In this document: positions 53,096-64,000 of the stretch, piece by piece
Position numbering within the stretch: position 1 is the stretch's first letter
Layout of the letters: each line of letters begins with the position of its first letter
Source: Octopus sinensis
Taxonomy: Eukaryota
NCBI RefSeq assembly: GCF_006345805.1
Contig: NC_043011.1
Span: 63,066,464 to 63,130,463 of the forward strand
Direction: 5' to 3'
DNA length: 64,000 bases
Notes under the pieces: generated by a model
Databases searched by the model: none
Told to the model about the DNA's origin: nothing
What the model saw: only the letters and a program-made list of their open reading frames with translations
Program-made: the position numbers and the translations under genes

Positions 53096-55550
53096 TCTTT
53101 TACTTTTTTACTTGTTTCAGTCATTTGACTGCGGCCATGCTGGAGCACCGCCTTTAGTCGAGCAAATCGACCCCAGGACTTATTCTTTGTAAGCCCAGTA
53201 CTTATTCTATCGGTCTCTTTTGCCGGACCGCTAAGTGACGGGGACGTAAGCACACCAGCATCGGTTGTCAAGCAATGCTAGGGGGACACACACAGACACA
53301 CAAACACACACACACTTACACACACATATATATATATACATATATACGACGGGCTTCTTTCAGTTTCCGTCTACCAAATCCACTCACAAGGCATTGGTCG
53401 GCCCGGGGCTATAGCAGAAGACAGTTGCCCAAGATGCCACACAGTGGGACTGAACCCGGGACGATGTGGTTAGTTAGCAAGCTACTTTATTTCATAAATT
53501 TGTCATATAGACAGTACAAAGAGCTTTGCGGGCTGGACAAACACATTAATGAATGAAAATGAAATATAATGAATAGATGAGAGACGAAACCCAACACCCG
53601 CCGATTGGATTTTTCTCAAAAACATATTTTCTTTTTTTTATTTTAAATCAATATGAGGTTTCAAACCTCTTACAAGGTGAAGGCACTAAAACCTCTTACT
53701 TAACATGTTTTTTTCTTTCTTTCTTAAAGCACAAATTGAGGTTATAAACCACTACAAAATAATCCAATAAGATGTGGTTTCAAACCCTGTAACGAGGGTC
53801 TTTCACCTCCTACTCTTCGATATATCCATCGATATATTCATCATTATATTCAATGCCGCTTGAGTTCCTGTATCCCGCCATTTCCCATGTGTCACTCATG
53901 TAGGAAATGTAAGTCTTGTAAGGGCCACCCGGCCATATGCGACACTCCTCCCCAAATCCTTTAAGCCTTTCCCGCAAGTGAAACCTTATGACCTCCACAG
54001 CTATCTGCAGAGGCAATCTAGGATCCCGTGTGAAGGGCATATCTACTGTTTCTTTATGTTCTACTATTTTTTCCAACTCACCGCCCTTGTAGAAAAAGAT
54101 AATTAATTGATCATCTTTGAGGGTGGGGGTGGTTTATTCAACCGTGGGTGGCACAACTTCGGGACATGCAGTCGGCACATCATCTCCCCGCTGAGATGAC
54201 CCGTTCTTCTTCCTTCTTTTTTGTTTTCTTCCTGGCTTCGGGAGAGTGGAGCTCTTCCGCTTTGTCCGGAGAGTCTCCCCCGCCTTCCGAAGCCTTAGGT
54301 TCCTTCGGCGGGCAACTATTGTTGCCCGCCTTCTTCCTTTTTAATCCTTTTTGAGTTGAGGAGGCTGAAGCCTCCTCGACCAAATCCACCTCTCCCTTTG
54401 ACTGGGTAGGGGAGGTGGTATCTAGTGACTGTTCCAGGACCTTACCATGGTCCTGGTGGCAGTTCCTTTTAATGTGGCCTGGCTGCAGGCACGAGTGACA
54501 CTTTGGGGGACGTCTCTCAAGTATCACCGGATACCTGCAGCCAGCCATTTTCAACAAGTCTGGAAAAACCAGTTCTGTTGCGGCCGATGGGGTCCACAGG
54601 GTCAAATCGCTATTGGCCCCTCCCAATCGACTGCCGGCAATACTCTTACATTTAAGAGCCTGGGCCCGCCATCCCCCAGTCCCAGTCGAATGGTATATTC
54701 AATCCAATCCGCTTCGGTGCCCGAGGGGAGCCCATATACCTAGGTTCGTATTAATTTTCTTCCACAATATGACGGGAGAAACAGAATTTCCTTGCCTTCT
54801 AAAGGCTGACTCGCAAACTGGCGAGCCTTTTCCCCGTTGTCAAAAAGCAACCATACGGTTGCATATTTGACACCACGGGATATACATTTTACAGAGGACA
54901 AATGTTCTTTAAGTTCATTTTTTATGACTTGTTTTGGGAAGATGGTGATGGAATTAACAACTTTAGAATACGTCTTCTCCTCCATATCTTTTAACCATTG
55001 CTTAGGCGGGTTAATTTCCCACTCTAAGACACAGTTTTTCTTTTTAAGTTCCTTCTCTGCTATGTCAAAAATAGTTCAAAAGTAGTTCAAAAGGCAGTCT
55101 GCCAAAAAATTAAACCGAATAAAAATAAAACAAAATAAAAGAGGAGGAAACTGAAATTAAAATAATGAAAAGAATGAACCAAAATTTAGAAAGAAAGAAA
55201 AAATAGAAGGGAAGAGTAAAAGAAAAATCTCACAAATAGCACAGACAGGGAATCCTTTGTATAATACTCCAAAAAGTTAATCCAAATGGCTAATTCTTAT
55301 TTTTCTGGCGAGATACGCTCACTAGAATTCACAAGAAGAATTCTCAAAAAAATTCTCAATGCACCGCTACGGTGATGAGAACCAAGTATTTTGCTCGCTA
55401 TAGCGAGCCATAATTGACAAGTTTTCTTTTTGTTCTTTTTTTTTCTATTCGCGGAGCCGAAACTCACATCTGCTCACTGTAACAGTCCAGACCAACTAGT
55501 GTTGCATTAAGGGTAAGAAAGCTACTTACCACAAAGCCACTCCTGCGCCA
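53096..55550 (-). mobile_element. SINE split into 53096-53487 and 55519-55550 by a 2-kb insertion
   Basis: The two parts rejoin into the SINE head; AAGCTACTT is duplicated at 53479-53487 and 55519-55527. Confidence 0.85.
53488..55518 (-). mobile_element. ORF1-only (half-LINE-like) retroelement encoding a disrupted gag-like ORF1 with a CCHC zinc knuckle; no RT
   Basis: 9-bp TSD. ORF pieces 54740-54985, 54180-54626 (KCHSCLQPGHIKRNC) and 53810-54076, broken by a stop at 54740 and a frameshift near 54620. Confidence 0.75.
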
Positions 55551-56612
55551 ATCCTGATAGTGATTTATTATCGTCAATCCAAAAAGGTTTTAGAAAAACA
55601 CTAAGTAAAATACGTTGTATAATTTCAATCACACTTCTTTCTCTTTACAGATTGAAATCATCCATTTTGTACCCACTTCGATGGTCGGGTTCCAATCAAT
55701 AAATATGAATATAGATTTGACACCGGAAAAATTTGAAAAGGAGAAAAAAGGTTTAAGTAAATAAATGTATTTATGCGCATCATATCGTTTGGTTGTTTTT
55801 TCGTATTTGTAGATCATTGAACGAAGGACCTATATGCAAAACCAGATGATAAACAAGCTGTACTACACAATAGAAGGTGCCTCCATTTCTGCCCTTCCTA
55901 CATGCAAGGAGATAAGCATACATCCAGAAGGACACGTGTCACTCGGCCCGTTCATGTTTTCGTAATCAATTGTTCGGTGGGGAGAGGCATGGCAATAGAT
56001 AAATATACAAATAACACAATGGCCCTTTAAGTATAAGAAACAAGCTGCATGGACTCCACATCGACTGAATAAAGTACACAATCGCTACCACTAATTCTGG
56101 TAAGAGCAACAAAAGAGACATCAAACTGGAAACAGCAATAATCGCACAAGTGAAAAATTAGTAAATATACACCCAGCGAGCGGACGAAGTACTGAAGAGA
56201 GACACTCTCCTCTTCGATTAAGCTCTCACCGTCTTTCTAAAACCTACAGGAAAGAAATTGTGTTGAGACAAAGTCGCTAAACTCAAACCCTTTGAATTAG
56301 TTGAGACTTGATTAAAGAGAGAACGATCAAGGTTAGTAGGCCAAACCTAAGTTGGCTCCTAGAGGGCGGAGATATCGGTTACAGGATGGCCGTCTTTATT
56401 TTGTACCCTTGACGGTCGGAGTAAGCCAGCATCTGTTGGGTTCTTTTGTTACTTTGAGAGGTACCCGTTCCTTTCGGGATAATGTTGATGTCATTAGTTT
56501 TATTTTGTTAATTGTCATTGTGTTTATAATCTACAATACACTTTAAAAAAAATTTTTGTCTTGGCTTTGTATCATACTGTAAACTATCCTCGCCTGTAAT
56601 GGCTGATGAAGG

Positions 56613-56654
<42 letters not shown>

Positions 56655-56813
56655 TATATACATGCATATAATTCTTCTGTTTACCCAATATCGTGGTGAT
56701 ATTCTTTTGTTGTTATATATATATATATATATATATATACTTTATTTTAAAGCAGCAAAAAATCAACAAAACCTGTTACTCGGAGTTTCACGTTCCCGTT
56801 CGTCGGACAGTTT

Positions 56814-56866
<53 letters not shown>

Positions 56867-57423
56867 AGGTATAGCTATCTGTTTTCTGTACACATGCAGT
56901 TTTATTCTGTATTATAAAACTCCTGAATGAGGCGCATATCCGTAAAATCCTCCATCTTTGCATCCTCTCTTTGTATACATGCATATATACCCATGTATAT
57001 GCACACATAGAGAAGCATAGACTTGTCTAGAAGCAGGCATCAACTGTTTCCAACAGTAGATAATACTGATAGAATATTCCAAATGCTATCAAGAGAAATG
57101 TTTTTCAGCATACGTTATTACTCCTCTCGATATATGAATACAGTATAATTTATCATAAACTCTGGTTTTCTTTTCAATAGGCTGTGTTACGTTAGATTTA
57201 GACAAGAACATGAGTGATTCCACTGGGTATCTTCACCACATTCCAGGTTACGTTCAGATTGCCTACGGCTATTTATTAATACACCTTATTTCATAACAAG
57301 TGGTATGATGAAACTATTAATATAGCAAAAGGCTGAAGCTTAGGAAGTGATCTGTATGCTTAGTGAAAATGTTATTGCTAACTTATTGTTTATGATGACA
57401 TATTACATAAGAACGGTATTAAA

Positions 57424-57508
<85 letters not shown>

Positions 57509-57807
57509 TGAGTGTCTGTGTATGTGTGTGTGTGTGTGTTTATTTATAATAATAAGGGTTTTTTGCAACAAGTTGCTTAAACCAAATACCGAAAATATGA
57601 GAAATAGCAGTCAAAGGGTTACTATTTCTTTGACTACAAAAATAAGTCTCCACAAACAACAGTATTTGTAACTCACATATGGCAAAAGAAGAAGGAAAAC
57701 AACGAAGCCACACAGTCTCCGGATTAATTATGGATGTACGTTTCTGAATTTATCTGTATAAATATATATATATATGTGTGTATATATATATATGTATATA
57801 TATATTT

Positions 57808-57876
<69 letters not shown>

Positions 57877-58026
57877 CATACATATATATATATATTTATC
57901 TATCTATCTATCTATCTATCTATATATATATATAATAGAAGAAATGAGGTAATCAGAAGATCGGATGGTTTATATTTACAGATATTTATATATATATTAC
58001 ATTTTTTACATATATATCATATCACT

Positions 58027-58151
<125 letters not shown>

Positions 58152-58210
58152 TAGAAAAAATTACTTCTTATCAATTCAATATTGAATTGATAAGAGGTGT
58201 TTTTTACCTG

Positions 58211-58249
<39 letters not shown>

Positions 58250-58274
58250 CATATATATATATACATATATGTAT

Positions 58275-58330
<56 letters not shown>

Positions 58331-58440
58331 AGGTTTGGAGATGATGTACAGGTATTATATATTAGAAGAAATGAGGTAATCAGAAGATTGGATGGTTTAT
58401 ATTTACAGATATTTATTGATATATTACATTTTTATATACA

Positions 58441-58810
58441 TACTAGCAGTATCGCCCGGCGTTGCTCGGGTTTGTAAGGGAAATAACTATAAAGCATTTT
58501 TAGAGAGTTATAGCCTAAAAATGGAAAAAATATGATGGTAAATTTTTTTAGTTAAAAAGGTCGAGTTGCGCCCCCTAGACAGTCTGTGGTTTGTGTTTCT
58601 GATTCTCGACCCCATGTCGAATTTATCGATTTTTTTCAGAACTGGAGGAACTTTTCAAAATTTTCGCTGCGTTAGTTTTGAATTATGACATTGGGCTATG
58701 TGTGTGTCAAGTTTAATCAGAATCGGTTGAAAGCCGTGGTCAGGGTGAGGGTACAACCTAACAGACACACAGAAACACACACAGACAAACTGCCGTTTAT
58801 ATATAGAGAG
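58441..58810 (+). mobile_element. Non-autonomous Helitron-like element
   Basis: TACTAGCAGTATCGCCCGGCGTTGCTCGGG start, internal ACAGAC microsatellite, and TTTATATATAGAGAGAT end. Confidence 0.55.
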
Positions 58811-59439
58811 ATCATATCACTTAGATCATTAGCTCTTTCGCCCATTCTAGTGGGGTTTTCAAATCAAAATATGTTCCTTTGTGGGGAATTTTAATCATCT
58901 TATAGAGTTTCGTAGTGGTGTGGAGGAATATAAGACAGTACAAGAGAGTGAGGTGGATATGGAGAAAGTGAGAGAGAGAATATGTGTGTATGTGTATGTG
59001 TCTGTCTGTGTGTGTTTGTATCTGAGGTGAGTGCTAAAGAGAAAGAGGGGCGAAGAAGGAAATATTTTTCTTGGGTCTGCTGGACAGAATATTGACTCCA
59101 AGGGGGTTCTATAGTTACGAGGCTTGACATTTATTTTAGAGGAGGCGGGCTACCGAATGCATCGACCCCAATGTTTCACTGGTACTTAATTTATCAACTC
59201 CGAATGAATGAAATGCAAAGTCGACCTCGGCGGAATTTAAACCCAGAAGTAGAAACGAGCGAAATACCGCTCAGCAATTTGACCGGTGGCTAACGATTGT
59301 GACAGCTTGCCACATTCAACAACGATAATAATACTATTCAGAACCAATCTGCTAATACCACTTTAAACTTTAACTTGTCCAGACATAGTACATCTTCCCT
59401 TTCCACGTAAGACAAATAGCTACAATTACTCGTCCGCGG

Positions 59440-59830
59440 CCGAATGCCCGCTGCATGCCCATTGCATTAGTTTTAACATGGTATATAAATGCATTACCCA
59501 CAACATATTACATATTTCTACTAACTATTACATCGGGTCTACTATTAATTTCAAACAAAAGTATTCTTTAGATCTAAACACATTTAAATATGAGGAGTAT
59601 AGCAAATCCACGTCCCTAGCCAACCACATAAAGCATCCGATAAATATGAAAGTACCGTATCGGATATCCTGGGCCATGATAGATTATGTTTTCCCATACG
59701 AATTTCAGTGCTTCATGTGTGGACACTGCCTGAAACACCTCCAAATATTAATTCATAACTAACCACAATTACTCAATCAGCAACACAATACATTCTCTAC
59801 AGGTAAGCAAAAATTCTATCGCACCTTTAG
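59440..59830 (+). pseudogene. Second decayed Penelope GIY-YIG fragment
   Basis: MVYKC...YYIGSTINFKQKY...KSTSLANHI...W.MI...CFMC. Confidence 0.75.
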
Positions 59831-60556
59831 ATTCTTCCATAGGTCCAAATGCCAGCAAAATCGACAGACATAGCACTTATCTATATGCGTCTACGAGCGT
59901 TACAATATATTTACGATTCGTTTTCCTTCTGTATCAATATAAGTATCTTAGAAGCTTGCTGGCTATAATAAAACATTTAGTTTTTCAATGTTTTAATTTT
60001 TAAAAAATTCATTTAATTTAAACGAATTGTTCAAATCATCAGGAATGCAACTATCCCTGCTGAGATAGATTTGATCCACACGTTCCACAGTCCCTGTAAT
60101 CCATTGGCTACGTCTCCATACTTTTCCTTGAATTCTATAACTCTCATTTAGATATTTTGGTTCCTAATTTCTGAATGTAAAGTCAATTGTCTGGCACTTT
60201 CTATTCTCTTTTTCTACTTCTACGAAATCAGGAGTTCTAGCTTCTATTAATGTGTCTGAATGTTAAAGTCGCAAACCATCTTATATTTCTAATTTTCTAG
60301 TACTTACTATGTTCATTCTCAAACCTCTTATGTATATGTCCAAATCCTAGCTTTCTACATAAACCCCAGTGGATAACACTCCATAGATTGTCATTTCCTT
60401 TCTTGTATTCTATTTGTGCCAGTATACTACAATCACTGAATATTTGAGTAACGCTTTTTTGGTCGATGCTAGGAAATTTTCAAGATAATTTTCTGCTACG
60501 ATTTTCAACCCAGTCTCAATATATTTATCAAATATCATTTGTTCTGACAGTAAAAG

Positions 60557-61054
60557 CTAATTCCCCTCACATTTCAAACGAAATCTTCTCAACCAAAATG
60601 TTCCTTTGTCTCCGAGAAAGATGAAATCATTTGTCTTCAGGATCGGAATTTCCACTTTTTCAAATTTCATTAAACAGTTACACAACCAGTTCAAAGGATT
60701 ATAAGAAGAGCATACATTTTCAATCACACTGAAAATGTCCTTAATATCTCCAATGAACAATATTAATTTTGAATAATTGTGTTCACTACCAGCTTCCAGA
60801 CACAATAACAGTAGATCGACAGAACTTGCCGAACGTTTTGCTTCAAACGACTGCAATTTTGTAAAAGACTTGAAAGTGCATATTCTCAGAAAATATTCAG
60901 AATCTACTTCACTTTCTCTTCTCAAAATGTATGGGCAGAAATATGTCTGCGGGTTATTAATAACTGGGGGAATGAATAAAATGACAGGATAAATTGTACA
61001 AAACAGTTTGATTAAATATTCATCTTTTTTCCCCTCTTTTCTTTCGGCTTTCAT
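60557..61054 (-). CDS. Second copy of the orphan ORF (~97% identical over ~430 nt); the acceptor AG is lost through a ~10-nt deletion
   Basis: Direct alignment to 39661-40090 shows 12 substitutions, no indels, and the same stop position. Confidence 0.5.
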   Translation of the reverse strand: MKAERKEGKKDEYLIKLFCTIYPVILFIPPVINNPQTYFCPYILRRESEVDSEYFLRICTFKSFTKLQSFEAKRSASSVDLLLLCLEAGSEHNYSKLILFIGDIKDIFSVIENVCSSYNPLNWLCNCLMKFEKVEIPILKTNDFIFLGDKGTFWLRRFRLKCEGN

Positions 61055-61483
61055 TCATTCACTTTTTCTGTCTTCCTGTTTTGGTTTGTTATAAAATTGA
61101 AATTTAAAGGCTGATGATGTCATTCCATCAGCGTGTGTACGCTGGTTGCCCTCGTTCAAACATCAAATTTAAATTGTTATATTTTTGAATTTTTATCGCT
61201 TCTTATTTTCAACTCGACAAAGACAGACTTACTGTTAAAATATATTTTAACCAATAAAATATCTATTACCATCGCGCTCTTCGTATCGGGTGTTTAACTT
61301 TGTGAAGAGTAAGTAACGTCAATTGTGCCTTTTTCGTTTGTCCATTCACTGGTATATTTAACTCTATGTAAAACAGAAAATACATCAATAATAGATTATC
61401 CCATAGTTGAGTGCCTGTCTAACAACGTACAATTTCATTCAATGGTGCCCCAACCATGAATTGCCAATACAAACATATACATA

Positions 61484-61660
61484 CAGGCGCAGGTGTGTCT
61501 GTGAAGAGCAGGCGTTGCTGTAAGGCGTCGGCGTGGCTGCATGGTAGGAAACATTAGTCTAAAATTCCGGGTTCCGTCCCACTGAAATATCCATTACTAT
61601 GGCCTCGGGCCGACCAAATCCTGGTAAATGGTTATGGTAGGCTGAAACTTAAACACGCTC
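61484..61660 (+). mobile_element. Degraded SINE head
   Basis: AGGCGCAGG...GGGTTCCGTCCCACTG...GGCCTCGGGCCGACCAAA similarity. Confidence 0.6.
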
Positions 61661-61661
61661 G

Positions 61662-61700
<39 letters not shown>

Positions 61701-61829
61701 GAAATAAGGTACTCAGAAGATCGGATGGTATATATTTACAGATATTTATTTGTATATTATATTCTTTATATATACATATATATCATATCACTTAGATCAT
61801 TAGCGCTTTCTCCCATATATACCCATGTG

Positions 61830-61871
<42 letters not shown>

Positions 61872-64000
61872 CACACACACATTCCTGGGTCTGTATTTGT
61901 CCCCCCATCATTGCTTTACAACCAATGTTGTTGTGTTTACATCGTATGATAGTGGTGCGGTAAATGAATTGGCACATTTCCTCTCACGAGGCTTAAGCAC
62001 ACAGCTTGTAGTCACAAGATAACTATTTTATGTTTTATTATATTTTGTTTTTTCTCACCCACAATCCTTACTATGTCGCGTAGGTATCTATTCAGATAAC
62101 GTTATATGAGGACGATTTCATGTTTTTACTGACTTTATTGAACATTGTTTCTAAATTATGGTAATAGATTATGGTTTCATTATTATGTAGAACATTTCAA
62201 TCATAATAACATAAAGAAGAAAAACATGATAACAAAATATAAATGGAAAAATAAAACAAATTAACCTGACATATAATGTAAATAGAACTGAATATATTGA
62301 CACTTAATGATGCTTATTTAAGGCCAGGTAGTACACAAAAACACACACATACACACACGCACACACAAACACACACACACACACACGCACACACACACAT
62401 TCACACATAAGTATAAATTGAGAAAAAGAAAATGCTTTCATAAGTTTCTATTGGATAAAAGTGAAAAAGCATTTACATATCAAAATGTGCTTTCAGCTGC
62501 AATAATTTGAAAATGCTATTTAATCTTGCTTGAAGTAAACCAAAACAATTAAGGCATCTGACAGAACACTAATCATTCGTGTGAGCCCTAAATATTCTCG
62601 TTCTGTTTTTTTCATCCCTACACATGTCATGCTATTTGTGTTGAACGAACTGAAGAAGAAAAGGAACACAGAGAACAAATATCAATTCATTGCAACAAAT
62701 TGCACATTAATAAAAGTAACAAAAAAGGTAATATAGGTCCGATGTAAAACAAGACTTTTGTGAAGGAACTTAAAGACGGCCTGTCGTGTGAATTTGTAGA
62801 TAATTTGGAATACAATACCAACGCACACAGATACGCACGCACACACACACACACACATATATATATGTGTATATATATATGTGTGTGTATATATATATGT
62901 ATATATATATATATCTATATATATATATATATGTATGTATAAATGTATGTGTGTGTGCCTACGTGTGTCTGTGCGTGTTTATGTAAATAAGTATGTATTA
63001 ATATTTATATGGCTGTGTATATCATGCAAGTTTAAATACATTTTGATGTTAAATATGTCAAAGGTGGTACTCTGGCGGCGTTGAACATTCCTCATGATCA
63101 ATATTCATATAAATCACACACACGCACACACACACACACAGAGCAGTAAAGCGCTCTATTATAATACAATTGTACAGAAATTGAGTGGGAAGAAGTAGTT
63201 GACCACGTCAATCTCGTGGTTCAAGTGTGCTGAGTTATGCCCTGTAAAAAACGATGAAGGGCAATATCAACTCGGTGGCATTTACCTCACAACATAAAGA
63301 GCCGGATGATATACAGCTAAGCATTTTCTCCGGCGTGGTAACGGCTGTGCCATGTCTCCGCCTTTATACATACATATTTCTAAGTCATTCTAGTTTTGGC
63401 ACAAGGTTTGAAATTTTGAATGGGGGGAAGTATCAATGGCATTCAATTCCACTACTTGATTGAGATAATATTGTATTGATTTCGGAATCATGAAAGTTCA
63501 ACTCGGTGTAATTTGACCTCATAACGTATAGATCTGGAGGAAATGCTGACAATTGTATAATTCTACGCGCTAACGTTTCTGCCATCCTGCAACATCTACA
63601 CATATATTAATTACGGTTTCCTTTTTTTTGGAAACTGGGTTAAGAACATATTGAGGGGAAAGTGGAGTAGTTGACCCCGGTCCAAGGAGAAAAAATGCTA
63701 TTTTATTGACCCCCAAAAGGATGAAAGGGTAAGTCAAGTAGCCTGAATTTGAAATCAGATCGATAAGACGGACGAAATGTCGCTAAGTAAGTTGTCCGGT
63801 GTGCTAACTATTCCACCAGCTCGCCGCATACACCGGTTTAGAATAAGTGACAGCAATTTACTTAACTATGCGTTCTGAATTTGAATTAGTTTCCGTACAA
63901 ACATACTTTAGACCTTCTAAAACGAATCAATTGGTTAAATGGCCCATAGCAATTTAATTATGCATGCCATCCAAATCATTATATATGTCTTCAGATTATA

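Noticed and set aside
55629-56081. Two in-frame minus-strand ORFs with a FIF...GT.W echo of the orphan ORF
   Set aside because: Interrupted by stops, not duplicated, and the similarity is within chance.
61100-61175. CTGATGA...CAAA hammerhead-like remnant (similar remnants at ~19287 and ~3790 on the minus strand)
   Set aside because: Core positions are mutated and the stems do not close.

Overview
This is very AT-rich, microsatellite-saturated eukaryotic DNA. It is almost certainly octopus (coleoid cephalopod); that is an inference from the dominant tRNA-derived SINE, the Penelope-type repeats and the simple-repeat load. The ORF track is nearly all microsatellite noise and misses the real genes, which are split into small exons. 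Manual splicing gives a tandem family of small secreted six-cysteine proteins on the + strand. Gene 1 (coding exons 15487-15523, 18546-18645, 19957-20045, 22666-22688; 82 aa) has a second, alternative signal-peptide exon at 12463-12499. Gene 2 (40398-40443, 44513-44612, 50940-51028; last exon unresolved) has the same exon sizes and phases and the same C-x7-C-x16-C-x8-C-x7-C-x11-C scaffold, but only 16/55 identity. A third copy probably starts just past the right edge. Just upstream of gene 2 and of the predicted gene 3 lies a ~97% conserved orphan ORF on the - strand, suggesting a duplicated two-gene module. The non-coding landscape includes a tandem 476-nt repeat with two canonical type I hammerhead ribozymes (retrozyme/Penelope pLTR-like) and several variant hammerhead motifs. 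It also holds a 2-kb ORF1-only retroelement that split a SINE with a 9-bp target duplication, a 741-bp palindrome, Tc1/mariner, CR1, RTE, RLE-LINE, Penelope and Helitron-like remnants, and a 710-bp TTC tract serving as an intron's polypyrimidine tract.
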